A DNA stretch of 64,000 nt from Eubacteriales bacterium (GTDB lineage: Bacteria; Bacillota; Clostridia; Oscillospirales; CAG-272), in contig JAZKXO010000106.1 in the NCBI GenBank assembly GCA_045611685.1, positions 13,833 to 77,832 of the forward strand, in the 5' to 3' direction. The position numbers and the translations under genes are program-made. A model generated the notes under the pieces. The model searched no databases, was not told the origin of the DNA, and was given only the letters and a program-made list of their open reading frames with translations. Of the stretch, positions 29,307 to 38,322 are shown in pieces (positions within the stretch are counted from its first letter, which is position 1; each line of letters begins with the position of its first letter).

Positions 29307-29429
29307 TCATCCCGCCGCAGCGAGCATGTTTTCGATATAAATACCGTATCCCTTCGAGGGATCGGAAACCAGAACGTGCGTTACCGCACCGATAAGCTTT
29401 CCGTCCTGAATGATGGGACTGCCGGACAC
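29307..29429 (-). pseudogene. Duplicated 3' fragment of spoIVB (last 40 codons plus stop)
   Basis: Translates to [40 protein letters not shown]. It has 10 mismatches in 123 bp against 30760-30882, an in-frame stop 4 codons upstream and no RBS. Confidence 0.93.
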
Positions 29430-29578
29430 GTTCGATGTTCATTAGGGACAACACACTTTCTACCAAAACTAAAGTATCGCTTCAGTATGAGTATGAATCT
29501 GCTGTGTGGAAAACACATGAAAATGTGGTATAATAGAATCACAAAAGCGCTTTTGAATATAATTTGGAGGTAGATACA

Positions 29579-30712
29579 ATGTCTATTGGATCAACTATCA
29601 AAAAACTCCGCCGTGAACGCGACATGACCCAGGAACAGCTGGCGGAATATCTCGGTATTACCGCCAATGCTGTGTCACAATGGGAATGTGACAGGACGGC
29701 GCCCGATATTTCGCAGCTTCCAATTCTTGCTGGATTATTTTCTACTACAATCGATACACTTCTCGAATATGATTGCGACGCACAAAAAGAAGATATAGAA
29801 AATTTTTTCCGACTGATTCGTGAAGAACTGCCCAATGATGATATGGAATCGCGAATCCGATTGGGAAAAGAATACACATCGAAATACCCCAAAAATTATG
29901 ATATTGCCCATGAAATGTGTTGGATAATCAATTGGTCAGACAAAGAACAGAGACAGGAAAACCTCCCACTCCTCCGTTCGCTTTGTGAAAAGATCATATC
30001 AGAATGTACCGTTCAAACTTACCGTGAATCTGCAGTCAAATTGATGTGTACTCTTGGAAACGACGATGACTGGGAAAAGTGGTCAAAGATGTGTGCGCAT
30101 GACTACAAGACTTATCGGGGTGAGATACTTGAGAACAGATTGCTTGAACAGGAAAAGTATGATGAGTGCATCTTGAGAAAAGGTGTAAATAAGCTTGAGT
30201 ATTTTTGCCATCTGATGCAGTCAAACTGTGGGAATTGGCACGATCCAATCAAGTCCATAGCCTGGATAGATTTTCGCATTGAACTGATGTATTCATTCGG
30301 TGAAAACGGAATTATCCCATCGGCATGGCAGGGATTTTATGCAATCATGCTTACTTATAAAGCAGATCAGCTTTTCCGTCTCGAAAGAAAAGAAGAGGGC
30401 TACGCTTGCTTAGAAGATGCTTATCGTAATTTTGCAGAATGGACAACCATTCCGGACGGAAGTCCGCTTGATGTAGGACACGATTGGATATTCCACGGTG
30501 TGAAAGCTCTGAAAAATGAATGGAACTATCGCCTTGCAAACGGAAAAGAGGAATATTCCAATTATATGTACGCCTTTGCTGATCAGTGTGACTATCTGGA
30601 GAAAGTTATGAAAATGCAGATGAATTGGGATGGTTTCGTACGTGTCAGAAATGAAGAAAGATACCAAAAGGTTTTACTAAAAGCAGAATCACTAGTAAAT
30701 GAATCGAAGTGA
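29579..30712 (+). CDS. XRE-family HTH regulator with a large uncharacterised helical C-terminal domain
   Basis: IGSTIKKLRRERDMTQEQLAEYLGITANAVSQWECDRTAPDI; GGAGG RBS; TGgTATAAT extended -10 at 29526-29534. Confidence 0.9.
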   Translation: MSIGSTIKKLRRERDMTQEQLAEYLGITANAVSQWECDRTAPDISQLPILAGLFSTTIDTLLEYDCDAQKEDIENFFRLIREELPNDDMESRIRLGKEYTSKYPKNYDIAHEMCWIINWSDKEQRQENLPLLRSLCEKIISECTVQTYRESAVKLMCTLGNDDDWEKWSKMCAHDYKTYRGEILENRLLEQEKYDECILRKGVNKLEYFCHLMQSNCGNWHDPIKSIAWIDFRIELMYSFGENGIIPSAWQGFYAIMLTYKADQLFRLERKEEGYACLEDAYRNFAEWTTIPDGSPLDVGHDWIFHGVKALKNEWNYRLANGKEEYSNYMYAFADQCDYLEKVMKMQMNWDGFVRVRNEERYQKVLLKAESLVNESK

Positions 30713-30726
30713 TTTACAATACCCAA

Positions 30727-30757
30727 AAAAAGCCGAGGCTCACCACCCCGGCTTTCG
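30727..30757. terminator. Bidirectional terminator between the cassette gene and spoIVB
   Basis: AAAAGCCGAGG-ctcacca-CCCCGGCTTTC hairpin flanked by A and T tracts. Confidence 0.65.
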
Positions 30758-30759
30758 TT

Positions 30760-31944
30760 TTACCCCGCCGCTTCAAGCATGTTTTCGATATAGATTCCGT
30801 ATCCCTTCGAGGGATCGGAAACCAGAACATGCGTTACCGCACCGATAAGCTTTCCGTCCTGAATGATGGGACTGCCCGACATCCCCTGTACGATCCCGCC
30901 CGTTTTTTCTATCAGCGCGGGATCGGTAACCGTGATTTCCATACATTTATTATCGGATGCGTTTCGGATTTTCTTTATAGTAACCTCATACGCGCATACA
31001 CCGGACTCATCCAGCGTACAGTAGAGTTTGGCGGCACCATCTTTGATTTCGTTTTTGAGCGCAATGGGAATTGCGGTATCAGCGGATACACTTTTTGGGA
31101 ATTCAGTTATGAAGCCGTAAACGCCGGCTGAGGTGTTGCCCAGAAGCGTTCCGATTTTACCCGAGGAAAAATAGCCTTGCAGTTCGCCCGGGACCCCCGC
31201 CGTTCCTCGACGGACGCCGGTTATGCTTACGTTTGCGATCATTCCGCGGGAGAGAGGGAGGAGCGCCCCTGTCTCCGTATCGCAGATTCCGTGCCCCAGT
31301 CCGGCAAACGAACCGGTTTTTGGATCAACAAAGGTAACAGTTCCGATACCCGCCGTGTTGTCTTTCACCCACATGCCGGTTTTATAAGTCTGCTCCGAGA
31401 CGGAGAGAGAGGGAAGTACGGTGCAGTGCATTTCTGCATCGTTTCTTCTGACTGTGAAATCTAAAGGGGAGCCGTCGCTTTTTTCTAAGATTTCGGATAA
31501 CTGAGCCGCTGAGGTAAGATCTGTTTCATCAATTTTTAAAATTACGTCATGCATTCGTATGCCGGCGTCATATGCAGGCTGTCTCGAGCCGGATTCACAA
31601 TCCACTTCCGAGAAGCCAACTACGATAAGACCGTCCGTGAACATTTTTGCCCCAAACGCCATTCCGCCGGGACAGAGTTTTATATCATCAAAGCGTTGTA
31701 CGTTTACAGATTTAACGGGAAGAAAGCCCAAAAATTTGGCGGAATGAGATATGCGTTCATTTGTGGAGGCAGCAAGCGCTTGTGAGCAGGGCTCAATTTC
31801 CAGGAGGCTGGTTGCAGGTAATGCATCCCATTTGCGAATGGATATGGTGTCTTCTATCAGATAGTCCGCTGTACCGAGGAGCATTATCATTATTAAAAGC
31901 CACGATAGCGCCGCCTTGAGCGGATGAATTAATTTTGTTTTCAT
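30760..31944 (-). CDS. spoIVB: SpoIVB peptidase (PDZ plus S55 domain)
   Basis: PGGMAFG, GLIVVG PDZ domain, [56 protein letters not shown] before ATG 31944. Confidence 0.96.
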   Translation of the reverse strand: MKTKLIHPLKAALSWLLIMIMLLGTADYLIEDTISIRKWDALPATSLLEIEPCSQALAASTNERISHSAKFLGFLPVKSVNVQRFDDIKLCPGGMAFGAKMFTDGLIVVGFSEVDCESGSRQPAYDAGIRMHDVILKIDETDLTSAAQLSEILEKSDGSPLDFTVRRNDAEMHCTVLPSLSVSEQTYKTGMWVKDNTAGIGTVTFVDPKTGSFAGLGHGICDTETGALLPLSRGMIANVSITGVRRGTAGVPGELQGYFSSGKIGTLLGNTSAGVYGFITEFPKSVSADTAIPIALKNEIKDGAAKLYCTLDESGVCAYEVTIKKIRNASDNKCMEITVTDPALIEKTGGIVQGMSGSPIIQDGKLIGAVTHVLVSDPSKGYGIYIENMLEAAG

Positions 31945-31987
31945 TCTGTACATCCTTTGGTGTGTTTTCGATAATTTCGCTGCCTTT

Positions 31988-32015
31988 AATGTATGCTGAA
32001 ACAGGCGGAATATGA
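31988..32015 (-). promoter_or_regulatory. SigE-like promoter candidate upstream of spoIVB
   Basis: Minus strand TCATATT-13 bp-CATACATT. Confidence 0.45.
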
Positions 32016-32117
32016 GTAACAATATTGCTTCATCTTGTCTATTCTTTCCTTGACGTATCGTTTATATTAAAAATATCAGAAAAAATGATAAATTTGAGTA
32101 AAATCAGAAAATAAGGT

Positions 32118-32146
32118 TTGAAATACAGGCAGAAATGTGGTACAAT
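32118..32146 (+). promoter_or_regulatory. Sigma-A promoter for cdaA
   Basis: TTGAAA-17 bp-TACAAT with extended TG. Confidence 0.65.
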
Positions 32147-32181
32147 AAATTATGAATACGCTCATACGGAGGATTTCTGTT

Positions 32182-33099
32182 GTGCCAAATTGGTTGACCG
32201 ACTTTTTCGAAAGTTTTTCAAGAAACATCAAAATCTCTTTTGTTGATATCATAGACATTATCTGTGTTACATTCTTACTCTATTATGTCTATCGATTTAT
32301 ACGCGACAGACGGGCCGGAAAACTGGCACTGGGTGTTGCTTTTGTCTTTCTCTTTTTGATTTTGAGCGATTTTCTTGAAATGCATGCACTGCAATATATT
32401 CTCAAAAATGTCTTTCAAGTTGGTCTTATCACTTTCGTAATTCTGTTTCAGCCGGAATTCCGCTCTGCCCTTGAAAAAATGGGCGGTGAATCTCTCCGTG
32501 GATTCAGAAGCATATCCGAGCAGAAAAGCGCAGCATCCGCTAAGGTGTTGATTGATGCTGTAACGTCCGCTGTAACCGATATGTCCGCCAAGCGTACCGG
32601 CGCTTTGATCGTGTTTGAGGGGACAACGAAGCTCGGTGATCTTATACTTACCGGAACTGTCATCAACGCAGACCCCTCCTCTTTCCTTATTAAAAACATA
32701 TTTTTTGATAAATCACCGCTTCACGACGGTGCTGTTATTGTGCGCGACGGAAGGTTGTATGCTGCCGGGTGTCTTTTGCCGCTGTCGGCAAAGTCCGATA
32801 TTACGCAAGATCTTGGCACACGACACAGAGCCGCAATCGGTATGAGCGAAAACAGCGACGCCTTGGTTGTCGTTGTGTCCGAGGAAACCGGTATAATCTC
32901 CGTTGCGCGAGAGGGAGTCTTAAAGCGCGGTTTCAAGACACAGTCCTTGCATAAGGAACTCAAAGCATTCCTTATCCCTGAGACCGAATCTCAGGTTGGA
33001 AAGGCTGTCAGCCGTCTGAAACGCGTAACACGCATCAGGAAAATGTCTGCGAATGCGCCAGAAATAACTAATCCAAAGGAGGATTCTCATGAAGCGTGA
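32182..33099 (+). CDS. cdaA: Diadenylate cyclase CdaA
   Basis: Three N-terminal TM helices, FQPEFRSALE, SPLHDGAVI, GTRHRAAIGMSE. GGAGG RBS 9 nt before GTG 32182. Confidence 0.96.
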   Translation: MPNWLTDFFESFSRNIKISFVDIIDIICVTFLLYYVYRFIRDRRAGKLALGVAFVFLFLILSDFLEMHALQYILKNVFQVGLITFVILFQPEFRSALEKMGGESLRGFRSISEQKSAASAKVLIDAVTSAVTDMSAKRTGALIVFEGTTKLGDLILTGTVINADPSSFLIKNIFFDKSPLHDGAVIVRDGRLYAAGCLLPLSAKSDITQDLGTRHRAAIGMSENSDALVVVVSEETGIISVAREGVLKRGFKTQSLHKELKAFLIPETESQVGKAVSRLKRVTRIRKMSANAPEITNPKEDSHEA

Positions 33100-34357
33100 A
33101 AACAATACGGCGACCGTCCTTGACGCCGATTCCGAGGTAACACGCCGCTCCTCCGGAGACTGGCTTGCCAAAATCACTTGCTTTTTAATTGCGTTTGTTA
33201 TCTGGTTTTACGTTATGCAGGTCGATAGTCCCGAGCATACGGAAACCTTCCATTCCGTGGATGTTTCTCTCTCGAATGTTTCTGTGCTTGAAGGCGAGCG
33301 CGGTCTTTCGGTTTACAGTGGATACGGCATTACGGTAGATATTACTGTCATTGGTCAAAAGAGCGTGATCGGAAAGCTTTCCGGCGACGATTTTACAGTT
33401 ACAGCGGACTTGTCCGGCATATCTGAGCCGGGGTTTCACTCCGTTGCGATCGATGTTGATCTTCCTTCAGGTCTCACCCTTGATTCCGTTTCTCAGAATT
33501 ACATTCAGGTTTATGTGGATGAAAGGTCGACGGTTGTAACCGAGATTCGTGCGAAACTTACTTCGTTTACGATGGAAAGCCAGCTGGAAATGGGGGAGCT
33601 TGAGCCCGAGTACGACACTGTCGTAGTAACCGGTCCGAAATCGGCGCTCGACGAGATTGCCTATGCCGAGGTCAAACTTTCCCTTGGCAGCATTAATGCA
33701 TCAATGACGGCCACCGGGCAGTTGACCCTCATCGATAAAACGGGCGCTTTGATCAACAACCCGTATCTTCGTCTTGCGCGAACTGAAGTGCGCGTTGATA
33801 TCCCCGTCTATGCCACGAAGCAGCTTGTGCTTACAGCCAACAGTAAATACGGATATTTCAACGATAAAAACGTAAAGATAACAATAGAGCCCGCCTCGCT
33901 CTTGTTCCGTGGTGATCCTGCGGTTCTTAGCGGGATGGATGAAATTGTAATAACAACGCTTGATGAGAAGAGCATTCTCGGCAACGTTACGAGACAGGTA
34001 CAACTTGAATTACCGCCGCGTGTAGAAGTCGTTAACGGAACGACTATGGCATCCGTTAAGGTCGAGCACGTGAACACGTACACTAAAAACTTCACGGTCA
34101 CCGATATTGACGTCACCGGTGCCGTCGGGCTGGATTATGATATAATGACAACCGTTCTGATGGTGCAGGTTCGCGGCACGATAGAGGAACTTGCCAAACT
34201 GAAAACCTCTGACTTTACGGCTGTCGTTGATCTGAGCGGATACACGAGCGATGCTACGGGTGTGATTACCAAAAATGCCATTATTCATATTGATTCCGCA
34301 TATGCCAGTGGAGTTTACGAAATCGGTGAATATTCCGTACAGGTGAGATTAAATTGA
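33089..34357 (+). CDS. cdaR: CdaR/YbbR-like regulator
   Basis: KITCFLIAFVIWFYV TM helix, repeated YbbR-like beta domains (DLSGI, VTGPKS); overlaps the cdaA end. Confidence 0.85.
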   Translation: MKRENNTATVLDADSEVTRRSSGDWLAKITCFLIAFVIWFYVMQVDSPEHTETFHSVDVSLSNVSVLEGERGLSVYSGYGITVDITVIGQKSVIGKLSGDDFTVTADLSGISEPGFHSVAIDVDLPSGLTLDSVSQNYIQVYVDERSTVVTEIRAKLTSFTMESQLEMGELEPEYDTVVVTGPKSALDEIAYAEVKLSLGSINASMTATGQLTLIDKTGALINNPYLRLARTEVRVDIPVYATKQLVLTANSKYGYFNDKNVKITIEPASLLFRGDPAVLSGMDEIVITTLDEKSILGNVTRQVQLELPPRVEVVNGTTMASVKVEHVNTYTKNFTVTDIDVTGAVGLDYDIMTTVLMVQVRGTIEELAKLKTSDFTAVVDLSGYTSDATGVITKNAIIHIDSAYASGVYEIGEYSVQVRLN

Positions 34358-35979
34358 GCGACATAATTACTCGAAACGTGCGACACTTACTGATTGAAAA
34401 TATTCGTGTACCCGTTTCGGATTCTGACGAAGCGGTGTTTCAAAAGGCGCGCCGCATTCTCGAAAAAACCGGTGCATTTGGTGAGCCGATTCGTATGGGA
34501 ATGCACAAAAAGTCCATTGATGCCCGCAAAAAGGACGCTATTACGTTTGTTTGCTCCGTGTACGCTGAGGCGGAATCCCTAAAGACATTAAGTGATGATA
34601 AGCTGAAAAAGTTTTCTGTAAAGCTTAGCGACTGCGAGTCGATTTCTTTACCTCTGGGCGAAGAGATCATGCACGGCCGCCCCGTTATCATCGGATTTGG
34701 GCCTGCCGGAATGTTTTCTGCGCTTCTTTTGGCTGAATGTGGCTTCAAGCCGCTCGTTTTGGAGCGAGGTGCTCCCGTAGATGAGCGAGTTCCTATCGTT
34801 GATCACTTTTCATCCGGCGGGATGCTTGATACGGAAACGAATATTCAGTTCGGTGCCGGCGGTGCAGGTACGTTTTCGGATGGGAAACTGACAACGCGTA
34901 TCAGCGATCCTCGGTGCGGCTACGTCATGGAACAGCTTGTCCGCTTCGGCGCACCGGAAGATATTTTGTGGCGCGCGAAGCCTCATATTGGCACGGATAT
35001 TCTCAGAGAGGTCGTACGCTGTGCCGACGCACGAATCAGGGCTCTGGGCGGCGAGATCCGCTATCACGCCCGTGCTGCGCGTATTGCGGGCGATCATTTG
35101 TACGTTGGTGCGGAACGGATTTCGTTCGGCGCGCTGATAATTGCCTCAGGCCACAGTTCACGCGATCTGTACGCCGAGCTGATTGCAAACGGATTTTCTG
35201 TTAATGCTAAACCCTTTTCTGTCGGTGTCCGGATTGAGCATCTCCAAGAGGAGCTTGATTACGCTATGTACGGCAACTTTGCCGGCAAATACGGACTTGT
35301 CCACGCGGATTACGCTCTGTCCTATCGGATGGGTGATCGGGGTGTTTATTCGTTTTGTATGTGCCCCGGCGGACAGGTTGTTGCGGCGGCATCGGAAATC
35401 AGTAGTGTCGTTACCAATGGTATGAGTCATTACGCCCGTGATGGCAAAAACGCGAATGCAGCGCTGGCGGTATCTGTCCATCCCGCTGATTACGGCGCAA
35501 CTCCTATGGAAGCGATTGCGTTCCAGCGCGATCTCGAACGCAAAGCATTTGAAAAGGGCGGCAAAACGTACGCAGCCCCCTGCCAGACTGTCGGCGATTT
35601 TCTCAACGGAAATCGCGGAACACTGCCCACGAAGATTCAGCCTTCTTATCGCGGCGGTGATGTCGTGATGACGGATTTCAGAGAAATCTTCCCGCCGTTT
35701 GTTACGTCTATGCTTGAGGCGGGTCTTCATGATTTCGGACGAAAAATCCGCGGATTTTCGGATGCCTCCGTCCCGCTCACAGGTGTTGAGACGAGAACCT
35801 CTTCACCTGTACGCATCCTTCGAGATGACGCGTCGTATCTTGCTCCTGGGTTTGACCGCATTTATCCGTGCGGTGAGGGGGCGGGATACGCAGGCGGTAT
35901 TGTAAGTGCTGCGGTTGATGGAATCCGTGTAGCAGAGGCTATACTGGCTCGTTACAAAAAGACAGATGAGACTGAGTAG
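34354..35979 (+). CDS. Uncharacterised FAD-dependent oxidoreductase
   Basis: IIGFGPAG Rossmann motif, GAGGAGTFSDGKL, FCMCPGG, GVETRTSSPVRI, GEGAGYAGGIVSAAVDG. Confidence 0.9.
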   Translation: MSDIITRNVRHLLIENIRVPVSDSDEAVFQKARRILEKTGAFGEPIRMGMHKKSIDARKKDAITFVCSVYAEAESLKTLSDDKLKKFSVKLSDCESISLPLGEEIMHGRPVIIGFGPAGMFSALLLAECGFKPLVLERGAPVDERVPIVDHFSSGGMLDTETNIQFGAGGAGTFSDGKLTTRISDPRCGYVMEQLVRFGAPEDILWRAKPHIGTDILREVVRCADARIRALGGEIRYHARAARIAGDHLYVGAERISFGALIIASGHSSRDLYAELIANGFSVNAKPFSVGVRIEHLQEELDYAMYGNFAGKYGLVHADYALSYRMGDRGVYSFCMCPGGQVVAAASEISSVVTNGMSHYARDGKNANAALAVSVHPADYGATPMEAIAFQRDLERKAFEKGGKTYAAPCQTVGDFLNGNRGTLPTKIQPSYRGGDVVMTDFREIFPPFVTSMLEAGLHDFGRKIRGFSDASVPLTGVETRTSSPVRILRDDASYLAPGFDRIYPCGEGAGYAGGIVSAAVDGIRVAEAILARYKKTDETE

Positions 35980-36087
35980 CACCCACATTCCTATCATCGC
36001 CGATCTTTGATCGGCTCAGCATAAATAGCGCTTTACTGCCGTGCGTGAAGCATTTTGGCACAAAAGCGATGAAATGGATTGATTGAC

Positions 36088-38292
36088 ATGCATTTTGACG
36101 ATAACAAACACGCCATGAAGGAGTGGATCCTTCATGCCTCGGCGGAAGAAATCTCGCAAAGTAAGGCAGTACACGAAATTGCCCAGACGCTTTCACTTAC
36201 GCTTCCTACGGCACAGCTTCTTGTAAACCGAGGCTATAAGACACCTGAACAAGCGCGTGCTTTCCTTGCCAAAGAAGAGGAATTGTTTCACGATCCCTTC
36301 GAGCTTGCGGATATGCGTGCTGCTGCCGAGACCATTCTTAATTCGGTCAAACGCGGCGATAAAATCGCTATTTTTGGAGATTATGACGTTGACGGTGTTA
36401 CGTCTGTAAGTATTTTATACCTGTACCTTTCAAAACTCTCCGCAGATGTCGTTTACTATATTCCTTGCCGTACCGGGGAAGGATATGGAATGTCCGAAGC
36501 CTCTGTGCGAAAACTGGCCGCAGACGGTGTCAAAATGATTATCACAGTTGATACGGGAATCACCGCGCAAAAAGAGGCGCTTCTTTTAAGAGAATTGGGT
36601 GTTACCCTTGTTATCACCGACCATCACGAATGCCACGGTGAACTTCCCGAGGCCGCTGCCGTTGTAAATCCTCACCGTCCCGACGACACGTATCCTTTCA
36701 AGGAGCTTGCCGGAGTGGGCGTTGCGTTTAAACTCTTGTGTGCTATAGAATCCCTGCGTCGGCCGGAGGCGTCTTTATCTGAATGCGTACGGACGGTAGC
36801 GATGGCGTACGCCGATCTTGTTGCGATCGGTACGATCGCGGATGTGATGCCGGTGAGAGATGAAAACCGTCTCATTATAGCCTTGGGCCTTCAGTTGATC
36901 GAACGCTCGCCGCGCGAAGGTGTCAGAGCTCTGCTTGATGCTGCTGCGAGTGATTCCAAGAGCAAATCTCCACGAAAAATTTCGTCTTCTCTCATCGGAT
37001 TCACGATCGCACCGCGTATCAACGCCGCGGGGCGTATCCGAAATGCAACTGAAGCTGTCGAACTTTTCCTTGAGGATAATCCACAAAAAGCTGATCATCT
37101 TGCTTATAAGCTTTGTGACATCAACCGTGAACGACAAAATGAGGAAAATAAAATTGTCGATATAGCTTACGCTCGCATTGATGCTGAACACGATTTTGAA
37201 AAAGATCCGGTTATCCTTTTAGCGGACGAGCATTGGCACCACGGTGTTATCGGTATTGTTGCATCGCGTATCACCGATCGCTACGGCTGTCCGTCCATTC
37301 TTGTTTCTTTTGACAGCGATGCCGAGGTGCACGATCCGAAGGGCGACGATATAGGAAAAGGTTCAGGCCGAAGCGTAAAGGGAATGAATCTTGTGGAAGC
37401 GCTTGCCGCTTCTTCGGATATTCTGGAAAAATTCGGCGGTCATGAATTGGCGGCCGGACTTTCTGTTCGCAGAGAGAATCTTCCTGCTTTAAAGGAACGG
37501 CTGAATGAATACGCCCGCACCCATTTTGAGAACGGTATTCCGATTCCTGCGGTCGATGTTGACTGCGAGCTGACTGCCTCTGATTTTACGATACGACAGG
37601 CGGAGCAGCTCAGTGCGCTTGAACCGTTCGGTGTTGAAAATCCCGTTCCGCTTTTTGCTACATACAGGATGACAGTGTGCGACGTGGCGGCGGTTGGTGC
37701 CGGCAAACATATACGATTTAAACTCGAAAAGGATGGCGTCCAACTTACGGCTATGTATTTCCGCCACGGCCTTTCAGATATTGACGTATATCCCGGTGAT
37801 GAGATCGACGTGCTTTATAATCTTGACGTCAATGAGTTCCAGGGTAAGCGCTCAGTTCAGCTTATCGTAAAAGAATTCCGTCTTTCGAAAGAGATTTTGA
37901 CGTGTGAAAAAGAGGAGGTTTCCCTGTACAGGCGTGTTTCGGATGCCTTTGAGAATAAAACAGAAGCCTCTCCCATTGATACCGCGGCCGTTCTTCCCAA
38001 TCGCTCGGAGTGCGGCATTGTATACAACACGCTGAAAAAGGAGCTTACGCTTGGGCACGAGGTGTTCAGTATGCGGGCGCTCGGACATCTTCTCGATTCA
38101 CACGGAACGCCTGTCCCGTATGCAAAACTCAAATTCATTTTGCGTATTTTTGATGAACTTCGTCTTTTGCGGGTTGAGGAAAACCCGGCAAAAGAGGACG
38201 TGTTCGCTTTTCAGTACGTGTATATGCAAGAAAAAACCAGTTTGGATAAATCAGAAATTCTCAGATGGCTTCGCAAATCGGCGGAGCAATAA
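36088..38292 (+). CDS. recJ: Single-stranded DNA exonuclease RecJ
   Basis: GDYDVDG, TVDTG, TDHHE, LAGVGVAFK, GTIADV, PRINAAGR, GGHELAAG. Start is uncertain (36079, 36088 or 36115). Confidence 0.96.
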   Translation: MHFDDNKHAMKEWILHASAEEISQSKAVHEIAQTLSLTLPTAQLLVNRGYKTPEQARAFLAKEEELFHDPFELADMRAAAETILNSVKRGDKIAIFGDYDVDGVTSVSILYLYLSKLSADVVYYIPCRTGEGYGMSEASVRKLAADGVKMIITVDTGITAQKEALLLRELGVTLVITDHHECHGELPEAAAVVNPHRPDDTYPFKELAGVGVAFKLLCAIESLRRPEASLSECVRTVAMAYADLVAIGTIADVMPVRDENRLIIALGLQLIERSPREGVRALLDAAASDSKSKSPRKISSSLIGFTIAPRINAAGRIRNATEAVELFLEDNPQKADHLAYKLCDINRERQNEENKIVDIAYARIDAEHDFEKDPVILLADEHWHHGVIGIVASRITDRYGCPSILVSFDSDAEVHDPKGDDIGKGSGRSVKGMNLVEALAASSDILEKFGGHELAAGLSVRRENLPALKERLNEYARTHFENGIPIPAVDVDCELTASDFTIRQAEQLSALEPFGVENPVPLFATYRMTVCDVAAVGAGKHIRFKLEKDGVQLTAMYFRHGLSDIDVYPGDEIDVLYNLDVNEFQGKRSVQLIVKEFRLSKEILTCEKEEVSLYRRVSDAFENKTEASPIDTAAVLPNRSECGIVYNTLKKELTLGHEVFSMRALGHLLDSHGTPVPYAKLKFILRIFDELRLLRVEENPAKEDVFAFQYVYMQEKTSLDKSEILRWLRKSAEQ

Positions 38293-38322
38293 CACTAACT
38301 TTCTATATAGGAGGTGGCGATC

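Larger units (their letters stand above)
29430..30759. mobile_element. Putative single-gene cassette/islet bounded by spoIVB 3'-end direct repeats
   Basis: Flanked by the 123-bp repeats, AT-richer than its neighbours, with its own promoter and terminator. No integrase is visible, so mobility is inferred. Confidence 0.65.

Noticed and set aside
29206-29573. ORFs 29206-29466 (-) and 29376-29573 (+) as real small genes
   Set aside because: They are off-frame or antisense readings of the duplicated spoIVB tail; the meaningful frame is 29307-29429 (-).
30709-31131. 140-aa plus-strand ORF overlapping the XRE gene stop
   Set aside because: It is antisense to the conserved spoIVB catalytic domain and crosses a terminator hairpin.
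32141-32154. Possible leaderless cdaA transcript (ATG 32152 lies 5 nt after the -10 element)
   Set aside because: An in-frame GTG at 32182 has a GGAGG SD sequence at good spacing and is the simpler start.
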